Below the pieces are notes generated by a model. That model saw only the letters and a program-made list of their open reading frames with translations, had not been told where the DNA came from and made no database searches. A stretch of 52,466 nucleotides of DNA from Solirubrobacteraceae bacterium. GTDB lineage: Bacteria; Actinomycetota; Thermoleophilia; Solirubrobacterales; Solirubrobacteraceae. The position numbers and the translations under genes are program-made. Each line of letters begins with the position of its first letter. The stretch's first letter is position 1. The stretch is from positions 1 to 52,466 of the forward strand of contig DASYIJ010000305.1 of assembly GCA_035997675.1 (NCBI GenBank), in the 5' to 3' direction. Shown here piece after piece: positions 31,661 to 39,651 of this stretch.

Positions 31661-32959
31661 TTGACCGCGCTACTGCTCATCGCGGTCTTCGGCCTGGTGC
31701 TCATCAACGCGTTCTTCGTGATCGCGGAGTACTCGCTCGTGCGCTCGCGGCGCCCCAAGCTCGAGGCGGCGAAGGATGAGGGCCTGCGCGGCGCCGCGCT
31801 CGCGCTGGAGCAGCTGGACCACATCAACGAGTACATCTCGGCCTGCCAGGTCGGGATCACGCTGACCTCGATCGGTATCGGCGCCGTCGGCGAGCCCGTG
31901 GTCGCCAACCTGCTCGAGCCCGTTCTCGGCGGACCCCTCGCCCACGGCGCGGCCGTCGCGATCTCGGTGATCGTCGCCTACCTGCTGATCACCAGCGTCC
32001 ACATCACGATCGGTGAGCTCGTCCCCAAGCTGTACGCGATCGAGCACGCGGACCGGCTCGTGCGCCTGGTCGCCCGGCCGCTGCGCGTCAGCCGTCTGGT
32101 GTTCGCCCCGTTCATCAGCGCGCTGACCTTCATCTCGAACCGCATCCTCCGTCTGCTCGGCGTCGACCCCGACACGATCAACGAGCAGGCCGAGAACCCG
32201 GAGGAGCTCAAACTGATCATCACCGAGTCGCTGCAGGGCGGCCAGCTCGACCCGGGCGAGGCGGGCATGCTGCGCGGGGTCTTCCACCTGCACGAGCAGG
32301 AGGCCCGCCAGGTCATGACGCCGATCCCGGCGGTGGTGACCGTGGACGTGTCGGTCGACGTCAAGACCGCGCTGGAGCGCTGCATCACGACCGGTCACAC
32401 CCGTCTGCTGGTGATCGAGGACGAGAACCCGGACCGGGTGCGCGGGATCGTCCATGCCAGCCGCCTGGCCAGGGCGCTGATGGAGGCGGGCGAGCACGCG
32501 CCGATCGAGCCGTTGGTCCGCGACGCGCCGATCGTCCCGGAGACCAAACCGCTCGACGATCTCCTGGCCGAGCTCCAGCGCGAGCGCACCGAGATGGCGG
32601 TGGTCGTGGACGAGTACGGCCGCGTCGCGGGGATCATCACGCTCGAGGACATCATCGAGGAGGTGGTGGGGGAGATCGAGGACGAGACGGACCCCGCGGG
32701 CGGTGCGGTCCGGCGGCTCGCCAACGGCGACTGGTACGTGCGCGGGGAGGTCGCGATCACCGACCTGGTGGATTACGGGCTCGAGCTACCGCTGGACACC
32801 GACGCCTACAACTCGGTCGGGGGCTTCGTGTTCGCCGCGCTGGGCCGGCTGCCGCGGCGGGGCGACACCGTCACCGCCAACGGCTACTCGATCCGCGTGG
32901 AGTCCGTGCGCGAGAACCGCATCGAGGCCGTGCGGATCCGCGAGCGCACGCCCACATGA
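31661..32959 (+). CDS. CNNM/HlyC-CorC-family transporter-associated protein (DUF21 - CBS pair - CorC_HlyC)
   Basis: TTG start. The DUF21 N-terminus is INAFFVIAEYSLVRSRR. It also has a CBS region and a C-terminal CorC_HlyC (GDTVTANGYSIRVESV). Confidence 0.9.
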   Translation: MTALLLIAVFGLVLINAFFVIAEYSLVRSRRPKLEAAKDEGLRGAALALEQLDHINEYISACQVGITLTSIGIGAVGEPVVANLLEPVLGGPLAHGAAVAISVIVAYLLITSVHITIGELVPKLYAIEHADRLVRLVARPLRVSRLVFAPFISALTFISNRILRLLGVDPDTINEQAENPEELKLIITESLQGGQLDPGEAGMLRGVFHLHEQEARQVMTPIPAVVTVDVSVDVKTALERCITTGHTRLLVIEDENPDRVRGIVHASRLARALMEAGEHAPIEPLVRDAPIVPETKPLDDLLAELQRERTEMAVVVDEYGRVAGIITLEDIIEEVVGEIEDETDPAGGAVRRLANGDWYVRGEVAITDLVDYGLELPLDTDAYNSVGGFVFAALGRLPRRGDTVTANGYSIRVESVRENRIEAVRIRERTPT

Positions 32960-33085
32960 GCCAAATGACGCAAGTTCGCCGCCGCTGGTACGTTTCGTAT
33001 GTCACGACCGCCGGCCCACGCGCGTGCGCCGGCGACGGTTGACGGGGGAGATACCGGTGGGCGCGATCCCACCGGGGCATTAACG

Positions 33086-33116
33086 GCGACCGGCCCGCGG
33101 GAGACGGGCCGGTCGC
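33086..33116. terminator. perfect 12-bp-stem hairpin between convergent genes (probable bidirectional terminator)
   Basis: GCGACCGGCCCG-cgggaga-CGGGCCGGTCGC, followed on the plus strand by GUGCUUCUG. Confidence 0.6.
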
Positions 33117-33229
33117 GTGCTTCTGGGAGGAGGTGCTGCTATGAGGTGCGTCGCGATAGGAAGTATCCGGAGGGCACCTCAAGCAGCCCTAAAAGGTCCG
33201 TGAGCGTTTTCTGAACGGGCCCGCGCGGC

Positions 33230-34015
33230 TCACTCGTAGACGTGAAAACCGCGGCCCGCCTTGCGGCCGAGCGCGCCGTCGGCCGCCAACTCGCGCACGC
33301 GGCCGGGGACGTCGAGCTCGATCTGCTCGGCGATCGCGATGGCGACGTCGAGGCCCACGAGGTCGAGCACGGCGAGGGGGCCCATGGGGTGGCCGGCGCC
33401 GAGCTTCATGCACTCGTCGACGTGCTCGGGCTCGAGCCCGGTGTCCTCGAGCAGGCGCACCGCGCTGAAGAGGTAGGGGAAGAGCAGCCGGTTGACGACG
33501 AAGCCGGGGACGTCGGGCACCTCGACCGGGGTCTTTCCCAGGGCCTCGCACAGGGCGCGGGCACGAGCGCGGACGTCGTCGGCGGCCTCGTCGTGGTGGA
33601 CGAGCTCGACCAGCGCCATCTTCTCCACCGGATTGAAGACGTGCAGGCCGAGGAACCGGTCGGGGCGGCCGCTGGCCGCGGCCAGGTCGCCCACGGAGAG
33701 GGACGACGTCGTCGTGGCCAGCACGGCGTCGGGGTCCAGCTCATCGTGCAGCTGGGCGTACAGGCCGATTTTCGCCTCCCGGTCCTCGGTGACCGCCTCG
33801 ACCACGAACGAGGCGTTGGCGAGGGCGCCGAGATGGGTGGTCACGCGCACCTCCGGCGCCATGTCATGGCCCCCGGCGCCGCGGAGCCGCTCGCGCGCGC
33901 GGGCGGCCGATTGCTCGGAGCGCGCCCACAGCACGACCTCGCCGTGCGGGGCGGCGACGGCCGCCAATCCGCACGCGATCGCGCCGCTGCCGGCGATGCC
34001 CAGCCGTTCCTGCAC
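33230..34015 (-). CDS. 3-hydroxyacyl-CoA (3-hydroxybutyryl-CoA) dehydrogenase
   Basis: NAD-binding N-terminus IAGSGAIACGLA. Core signature HVFNPVEKMALVELV. C-terminal dimerisation-domain motifs. Confidence 0.9.
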   Translation of the reverse strand: MQERLGIAGSGAIACGLAAVAAPHGEVVLWARSEQSAARARERLRGAGGHDMAPEVRVTTHLGALANASFVVEAVTEDREAKIGLYAQLHDELDPDAVLATTTSSLSVGDLAAASGRPDRFLGLHVFNPVEKMALVELVHHDEAADDVRARARALCEALGKTPVEVPDVPGFVVNRLLFPYLFSAVRLLEDTGLEPEHVDECMKLGAGHPMGPLAVLDLVGLDVAIAIAEQIELDVPGRVRELAADGALGRKAGRGFHVYE

Positions 34016-34044
34016 TCCCGATCAGCCCTCCTGCTCGGTCCTAG

Positions 34045-34060
34045 TTGACTGGCCAGTCAA
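34045..34060. promoter_or_regulatory. perfect 16-bp palindrome TTGACTGGCCAGTCAA in the hbd/thiolase divergent intergenic region (candidate TetR-type operator)
   Basis: Self-complementary by inspection. A near-identical copy, TTGACTGGTCAGTCAA, is at 46316-46331 upstream of an acyl-CoA dehydrogenase. A TAGACT -10-like hexamer is at 34065-34070. Confidence 0.5.
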
Positions 34061-34141
34061 CGGGTAGACTAGTCGTCGAATGATTTCCGGCGCGCCGCCG
34101 CGCGCAAACGTCGCAGGCACGTAATGGAGGGTTTCGCAACC

Positions 34142-35314
34142 ATGGACCACAAGGCTGGCCGTGAGGTCGTGATCGTCGAGGCGGTTCGTACGCCGATCGG
34201 GCGCGGGCACAAGGAGAAGGGCTACTACAAGGACGTCCATCCGAGCAACCTGCTGGCCAAGACCTACTCCGAGGTGATCGAGCGCGCGGGGATCCCGGCC
34301 GATGAGGTCGAGGACGTCATCACCGGCTGCGTGAACCAGTTCGGCGAGCAGGGCCTCAACGTCGGGCGCAACGCCTGGCTCGAGGCGGGCCTGCCGATCG
34401 AGACGCCGGCCACCACGGTCGACCGGCAGTGCGGGTCGGCCCAGCAGGCCGTCAACTTCGGCGCCGCGCTCGTCGCGTCCGGCGTGCACGACGTCGTCAT
34501 CGGCTCGGGCGTCGAGCACATGGGTCACATCTCCTTCGGGGACACGATGAAGACCCAGTCGGAGTTCGGCGCCGCGTTCTCGCCCGAGCTGCTGGAGCAC
34601 TACAACCTCATTCCGCAGGGCCTGAGCGCCGAGATGATCGCCGACAAGTGGGAGATCCCGCGCTCCGAGCTCGACGAGCTCGGCGTGCGCTCGCACCAGC
34701 TCGCCGCGAAGGCGACCGAGGAGGGTCGCTTCGAGCGCGAGATCGTGCCCTTCCAGGTCAACGGCAACACGTACGCGACCGACCAGGGCATCCGGCCCGA
34801 CACATCGCTGGAGAAGCTGGCGGCGCTGAAGCCGGCGTTCAAGGAGGACGGGAAGATCACGGCGGGGAACTCCTCGCAGATCTCCGACGGCGCGGCGGCC
34901 GTGCTGCTGATGACGCCCGAGAAGGCCAAGGAGCTGGGCGTCACCCCGCGGGCGAAGATCGTCGACCAGACCACGGTCGGCGTGGACCCCGTGATCATGC
35001 TCACCGGGCCGATCCCGGCGACGCGGAAGCTGCTCGACCGCAACAAGATCAAGATCGACGACATCGACCTGATCGAGATCAACGAGGCCTTCGCGCCCGT
35101 GATCGCCGCCTGGCGGCGCGAGCTCGAGCCCGACATGGACCGCGTCAACGTCAACGGCGGAGCGATGGCCCTCGGCCACCCGCTCGGGTCCACGGGTGCG
35201 CGGCTGATCACCACGCTGCTGCACGAGCTCGAGCGCTCCGACAAGGAGACGGGGCTGGTGACGATGTGCTGCGGCGGCGGGCTCGGCACGGGCACGCTGA
35301 TCCAGCGGGTCTGA
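34142..35314 (+). CDS. acetyl-CoA C-acyltransferase (thiolase)
   Basis: Thiolase motifs: VDRQCGSAQQA (active Cys), GNSSQISDGAA, NEAFA, NVNGGAMALGHPLGSTG, CCGGGLG. ATG 34142 is preferred over 34124. Confidence 0.9.
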   Translation: MDHKAGREVVIVEAVRTPIGRGHKEKGYYKDVHPSNLLAKTYSEVIERAGIPADEVEDVITGCVNQFGEQGLNVGRNAWLEAGLPIETPATTVDRQCGSAQQAVNFGAALVASGVHDVVIGSGVEHMGHISFGDTMKTQSEFGAAFSPELLEHYNLIPQGLSAEMIADKWEIPRSELDELGVRSHQLAAKATEEGRFEREIVPFQVNGNTYATDQGIRPDTSLEKLAALKPAFKEDGKITAGNSSQISDGAAAVLLMTPEKAKELGVTPRAKIVDQTTVGVDPVIMLTGPIPATRKLLDRNKIKIDDIDLIEINEAFAPVIAAWRRELEPDMDRVNVNGGAMALGHPLGSTGARLITTLLHELERSDKETGLVTMCCGGGLGTGTLIQRV

Positions 35315-35339
35315 GTCAAGTCGCCGGTCGCTGTTTGCG

Positions 35340-35374
35340 AGAGCGGGGCCTTCGGGTCCCGCTCTTTCTTTTTG
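35340..35374 (+). terminator. intrinsic terminator after the thiolase gene
   Basis: Stem AGAGCGGGGCC / GGGTCCCGCTCT around a TTC loop, followed by TTTCTTTTTG. Confidence 0.7.
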
Positions 35375-35419
35375 TGCACCGGCGGCGTAGGGTCGACATG
35401 ACGACAAGGAGGTCACGTC

Positions 35420-36112
35420 ATGCTCCGCCGAACCATCCCGCTCGCCGCCGTGACTGCAAGTCTCGCGCTGGCCCCGGCCGCCGGCGCGCACAACATCTCC
35501 CTCTCGCCGAACGCCGGCGACCTCAACACCACCTTCCAGTTCCGCGGGACCGGGTGGCAGCCGCGCAGCCGTGTGACCGTGGAGTACTTCACCACGACCC
35601 GGTCCACGGCGCCGTTTCGCACGTTCAGGTTGTCCACCGGCCCGAGCGGGGGGTTCCGCCTCAACTGGAGCGACGGCCTGCTCGGCCTCACCCACCGCAT
35701 GTGCTTCCGGCAGTTCGACACGCGCTTCACGAGGACGTTCCGCAAGTGCTCGCTGTTCTGGGTCGGCCTGCCGTACGCGCAGTGGATGCCCACGTCCGGT
35801 AATCCGGGCGACACGTTCGTCCTCTTCGCCTCCGGCTTCCCGCCCGGGCGCACGTTGACGGTGACGACGACGCCGCCGCCGGGGGTGTCCGCCGGGGGAC
35901 CGTTCTTCGTCACGACGAGGACGAGCGCGGCCTTCGTGGTCAACGTGCCGTGTGCCGAGGGCAGCCCGGTGTTCGGGCCGGTGTTCGTGCCGCGTGGGGG
36001 CGCGACGTGCGGGTTCATCGGCGGCAGCGCCGGCCCCGGTCTCTACACGTCGCTGGTGCGCGATCCGGTGAGCCGGCTCGAGGCGTACGCGACCGCGCGA
36101 CTGCTCCGCTGA
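35420..36112 (+). CDS. hypothetical secreted protein
   Basis: AAGGAGG lies 5 nt upstream. Signal peptide MLRRTIPLAAVTASLALAPAAGA-HN. I recognise no family. Confidence 0.65.
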   Translation: MLRRTIPLAAVTASLALAPAAGAHNISLSPNAGDLNTTFQFRGTGWQPRSRVTVEYFTTTRSTAPFRTFRLSTGPSGGFRLNWSDGLLGLTHRMCFRQFDTRFTRTFRKCSLFWVGLPYAQWMPTSGNPGDTFVLFASGFPPGRTLTVTTTPPPGVSAGGPFFVTTRTSAAFVVNVPCAEGSPVFGPVFVPRGGATCGFIGGSAGPGLYTSLVRDPVSRLEAYATARLLR

Positions 36113-36414
36113 GGCCCACCCGCCGGGAGTTCGATCACGGCGCGTGCCGCGCGGCACGCGCGCAGCCGCCGCGGCGCGACGGCGGCGTCCACGCGGACGG
36201 TGCGGCCGCGCGCGTCGAGCCACACGAGGTCGATCGCGAAGCGCATCCCGAAGGTGTGGACCGAGCGTGTTCGCGGGAGCAACACGCCGCAGGGCGGCGG
36301 CACGCGCAATCCGGATAGGCCGAGCAGGCGAGCGACCGCGGTCGCGGCGACGCGGATCTCCAGACCGTGGAGGGACGCCGAAAACAGTGGCAGGCGCCGT
36401 AGGCGGCGGGGCAT
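36043..36414 (-). CDS. DUF192-family protein
   Basis: Core RLLGLSG...LLPRTRSVHTFGMRFAIDLVWLD..G.V......V.P.........VIELPAG resembles DUF192 (COG1430). The start is uncertain (36414 or 36477). The 3' end overlaps the convergent gene by 70 nt. Confidence 0.55.
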   Translation of the reverse strand: MPRRLRRLPLFSASLHGLEIRVAATAVARLLGLSGLRVPPPCGVLLPRTRSVHTFGMRFAIDLVWLDARGRTVRVDAAVAPRRLRACRAARAVIELPAGGPQRSSRAVAYASSRLTGSRTSDV

Positions 36415-36466
36415 CGCCCTGTAGAGGCTCCGGCGCGCGGGTTCAGCCCCCGCGCCGGGAGTACCG

Positions 36467-36778
36467 TTGGCCGGCATGCCAGGCCAGAACGCCGAAGGCC
36501 GCGAGCCGTCCGTGGAGTCCCTCTCCCGAGCCCTGGAGGCGAAGACCCGGCGCCTCGCCGCCGAGCGCCTCGAGCTGGCCGAACGGATGGAGCTCGAGGT
36601 CGCGGACCTGCGAGCGGCGTCGGACGGGCGCGTCGCCGCCGAGCGGGAGCGGGCCGAGCGCCTCGAGGCCGAGTTGGCGGCCGCGCGCGCACAGCTGGCC
36701 GCGCTGCAGCGGTCGAAGACGTTCGTCGCGACCGCGCCCGTTCGCCGCCTCTACTACCGCCTGCGCGGCCGGCGGTGA
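36467..36778 (+). CDS. hypothetical coiled-coil protein
   Basis: Heptad-like Glu/Arg/Ala/Leu-rich translation. GTGA overlap with the downstream GT2 gene. I recognise no family. Confidence 0.45.
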   Translation: MAGMPGQNAEGREPSVESLSRALEAKTRRLAAERLELAERMELEVADLRAASDGRVAAERERAERLEAELAAARAQLAALQRSKTFVATAPVRRLYYRLRGRR

Positions 36779-38001
36779 CCCCCATGGCCTTCGCTCCGGC
36801 CGGGTCGGCCCGCGTGGCGGTCGTGATCGTCACGCACGGCGCCTGGGCGTGGACGCAGCGCGCCCTGGCGGCGCTGCACCGCCACACGCCGGACGTCGAG
36901 CTCGTGATCGTGGACAACGCGTCCCGCGACGGCACGCCCGAGCGCGTCGCCCGGGAGGTCGGGGGTGCCCGCCTGGTGGCCAATGCCGACAACGTCGGGT
37001 TCGCCCGCGCCGCCAACCAGGGCGCGGAGTCGGCCGGCGGCGAGCTCGTCGCCTTCCTCAACAACGATGCGCTCGTGCACGAGGGCTGGCTGGAGCCCCT
37101 GGTCGAGGCGCTGGACCGCGACGAGCGCGTCGCCGCGGCGGCGCCGCGCCTCCTCAACCTGGACGGCTCGCTTCAGGAGGCCGGCGCACTGGTCGCGCGG
37201 GACGGCTCGACCTGGTCCTACGGATACGGCGACGACCCGGCCCGCCCGGAGTACGGGTTCCCGCGCGTGGTGGACTACGCGGCGGGGGCGTGCCTCCTGG
37301 TCCGCCGCTCCGCTCTGGCGCAATGCGGCGGCTTCTCCGAGCTCTTCTCGCCGGCGTACTACGAGGACGTCGACCTGTGCTTCGCGCTGGCCGCGCACGG
37401 GCTGCGGACGGTGTACGAGCCCCGGTCGCTCGTGACCCACGCTCGCCACGCCTCGGGCGACGCGGCGCAGGCGCACGCGCTCAGCCGGCGCCACCGGGTC
37501 ACGTTCCTCGAGCGCTGGGGCGATGCGCTGGAGGCCCGTCCGGGCACGCTCGAGCCGCCGAGGCCGAGGGCGGCGCTGGGTGCTCGCGACGCGCATGCGC
37601 TCGACCGGGTGCTCGTCGCCGGCGCCGGCGCCTCCGTCGACCCGCTGTTGCGCGCGCTCGCCGCGCTGTGGCCCGACGCGCGCATCACCGCGCTGCTCGA
37701 TGACGCGGACCCGGCGGGAGCGCGGGCGACCGGCCTGCTCGCCGAGGGGATCGAGGCCGTGGCGGAAATCGGGGACTCGTCGGTCTGGCTGGGCGACCGT
37801 CGGTTGCATTACGACGTGGTCGTGGCCGGTGACGGCACGCCCGACGAGGTCTGGGCCACGCAACCACAGGCGCTCGGGCTGTCCTGGACGGATCTGCTCG
37901 ACGCGGGCGGCGCACCGCGGCCGCCCTCGGAGCTGCACGCGGCCCTCGCCCCGGCCGGGGTGGGACCGCCCGCCCCGGACGTCGCCGCCGACGGGCGCTA
38001 G
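36775..38001 (+). CDS. glycosyltransferase family 2
   Basis: VAVVIVTHG...VDNASRDGT...FLNNDA...YYEDVDLC (GT-A fold with DxD-type motifs). Confidence 0.85.
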   Translation: MTPMAFAPAGSARVAVVIVTHGAWAWTQRALAALHRHTPDVELVIVDNASRDGTPERVAREVGGARLVANADNVGFARAANQGAESAGGELVAFLNNDALVHEGWLEPLVEALDRDERVAAAAPRLLNLDGSLQEAGALVARDGSTWSYGYGDDPARPEYGFPRVVDYAAGACLLVRRSALAQCGGFSELFSPAYYEDVDLCFALAAHGLRTVYEPRSLVTHARHASGDAAQAHALSRRHRVTFLERWGDALEARPGTLEPPRPRAALGARDAHALDRVLVAGAGASVDPLLRALAALWPDARITALLDDADPAGARATGLLAEGIEAVAEIGDSSVWLGDRRLHYDVVVAGDGTPDEVWATQPQALGLSWTDLLDAGGAPRPPSELHAALAPAGVGPPAPDVAADGR

Positions 38002-38010
38002 CTCGTTCGA

Positions 38011-38268
38011 CTACCCGCCGCCGCCGGCGGCGGCCCCACCGCCGCCGTCGCGTTCCAGGCGCGCGACGAGCTCGTCGAGGCGCAGCTCCTGCAGGCCCTG
38101 CCCCACGGCCTCGAGCTCGCGGGCGCAGAAGTCCACGAGCTCGCGGCCCTCGCGACAGAGGTCGAGCGTCTCGCGCAGTCCGGCCTCGCCCGAGTCCAGC
38201 CGGCGGATGATCTCCTCGATCCGCGCGCTGGCCGACTCGTAGGTGCGGGTTTCGGTGTCCTCGGTCAC
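38011..38268 (-). CDS. xseB: exodeoxyribonuclease VII small subunit
   Basis: Translation YESASARIEEIIRRLDSGEAGLRETLDLCREGRELVDFC. GTGA overlap with the xseA stop. Confidence 0.88.
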   Translation of the reverse strand: MTEDTETRTYESASARIEEIIRRLDSGEAGLRETLDLCREGRELVDFCARELEAVGQGLQELRLDELVARLERDGGGGAAAGGGG

Positions 38269-39608
38269 GGCTCGTCCTCCTCGATGCGGGCGCGGACACG
38301 ATCGTCGTGGAAGCGGACGGACACGGCCCGAGCCGTCCGGGCGGCCGCGGCGCTGGTGACCAGCGCGCCCTCGCCGTCCTCCACCAGCGCGTAGCCGCGC
38401 GCGAGCGTGCGCTCCGGGTCGTGGGCGGCCAGCGCGAGGGCGAGGCGACCGAGGTCGTTCTCCCGTCGCGCCACCGCGCCGTCGCCGGCGCGCCGCAGCT
38501 CGGCCGCACGGATGCGCAGGCTCGCGGCGCTGTGCTCGTGGTCGCGCGCCACGCGGTCCGCCGAGCGCGTGATCACCAGCAGATGCGTGGCGGAGAGCTC
38601 ACGGCCCTCGGCCAGCCGCCGGCGCCCGGACGCGCGCAGCTCGCGAACCTGCTGGTGTGCCCGCGCCTGCTGGCGGGCCACGTGCTCGGTGGGCGCGCGC
38701 GACAGCGCGGCCAGCGCGCGGGCGCGCTCGATCACGGCGCGGCGTCCGTGGCCCCGCAGGCGACGTGCCGCGTCGTGCATGCGGGCGCGCGCCTCGACGC
38801 AATGCTCGGGCACGGCCTCTTCGGCCGCGTGGGTCGGCGTCGAGCAGGACACGGCGGCGACGTCATCGATCAGCGTGCGATCCGTGTGGTGGCCCACGGA
38901 GGCGATCACCGGGACCGGCAGGAGCGCGACGGTTCGGCAGAGCGTCTCGTCGCAGAAGGCGAAGAGATCGGCGAGCGAGCCACCACCGCGCGCCACGACG
39001 ATCGCGTCGACCTCGCCGCAGGCGGCCAGGTCGCCGAGCGCGCGGGTGATCGCCGGCGCGGCGTGACGATCCTGTACGGGGGCGAAGGCCCACACGAGCC
39101 GTCCCGACCAGCCGCGGCGGTGCAGCCCCGCGAGCACGTCGTCGCGGGCCTTGCCGCGCTCGCCGGTGACGACCCCGATCGACCGCGGCACGGCCGCGCG
39201 GCGCAGCTGCTTCTGCGGCTCGAACACTCCCTCGGCGGCCAGCTGCTTGCGCAGCCGGTCGAGCTGCGCGAGCAGGTCGCCCTCGCCGGCCACGCGGAGC
39301 TCCGTGACGCCGAAGGAGAAGTTCGGCGAAGCCTGTGCGCTGCCCGGGTAGTAGTCGCATCCGCCCGCCACGACCACCCGGGCTCCGTCGGCCAGCGTGT
39401 CGGTCCCGAGTTCCAGCGCCTCGAACTCGTTGCGCCACATCGAGCACGGCACGGCGCCACGCTCGTCGCGCAGCTCGAAGTACACGCGGGCGCGGCTCGC
39501 CCCGAGGTTCCACACCTCGCCGAAGAGCTGCACCCGCGCGAACGCGCGCAGCCGGTCGCGCAGCTGCTCGGAGTAGGTGCCGACCGGGAACGGGCCGGGC
39601 AGCCGCAC
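38265..39608 (-). CDS. xseA: exodeoxyribonuclease VII large subunit
   Basis: OB-fold N-terminus (VQLFGEVWNLGASRARVYFELRDERGAVPCSMW) and a catalytic core (VVTGERGKARDDV...VARGGGSLADL). I chose GTG 39608; the ORF-track 39764 start overlaps the upstream gene. Confidence 0.84.
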   Translation of the reverse strand: MRLPGPFPVGTYSEQLRDRLRAFARVQLFGEVWNLGASRARVYFELRDERGAVPCSMWRNEFEALELGTDTLADGARVVVAGGCDYYPGSAQASPNFSFGVTELRVAGEGDLLAQLDRLRKQLAAEGVFEPQKQLRRAAVPRSIGVVTGERGKARDDVLAGLHRRGWSGRLVWAFAPVQDRHAAPAITRALGDLAACGEVDAIVVARGGGSLADLFAFCDETLCRTVALLPVPVIASVGHHTDRTLIDDVAAVSCSTPTHAAEEAVPEHCVEARARMHDAARRLRGHGRRAVIERARALAALSRAPTEHVARQQARAHQQVRELRASGRRRLAEGRELSATHLLVITRSADRVARDHEHSAASLRIRAAELRRAGDGAVARRENDLGRLALALAAHDPERTLARGYALVEDGEGALVTSAAAARTARAVSVRFHDDRVRARIEEDEP

Positions 39609-39651
39609 CCCGGGGATGCCCGCCGGACGTCCCGGCGCATCCTGTTCGGGC

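Noticed and set aside
33120-33200. Possible SRP (4.5S) RNA, because of AGGAAG and AGCAGCCCUAA strings
   Set aside because: The defining helix-8 arrangement is absent: there is no GNRA tetraloop closed by UCC/GGA and flanked by the AGG/AGCA loops. The tetraloop-like sequence here is GGAG in a different context, and the genomic context is not typical.
33141-33203. 20-codon mini-ORF behind a strong SD-like GGGAGGAGG
   Set aside because: Its third codon positions are A/T-rich (ATA, GGA, AGT, CAA, CTA, AAA, GGT), unlike every confident gene in this window. The sequence is better explained as the arms of an RNA hairpin. It is kept only as part of the structured-intergenic finding.
34022-36223. 733-aa minus-strand ORF
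   Set aside because: Antisense to the thiolase, which has all its catalytic motifs, and to the secreted-protein gene. No recognisable domains. Shadow frame.
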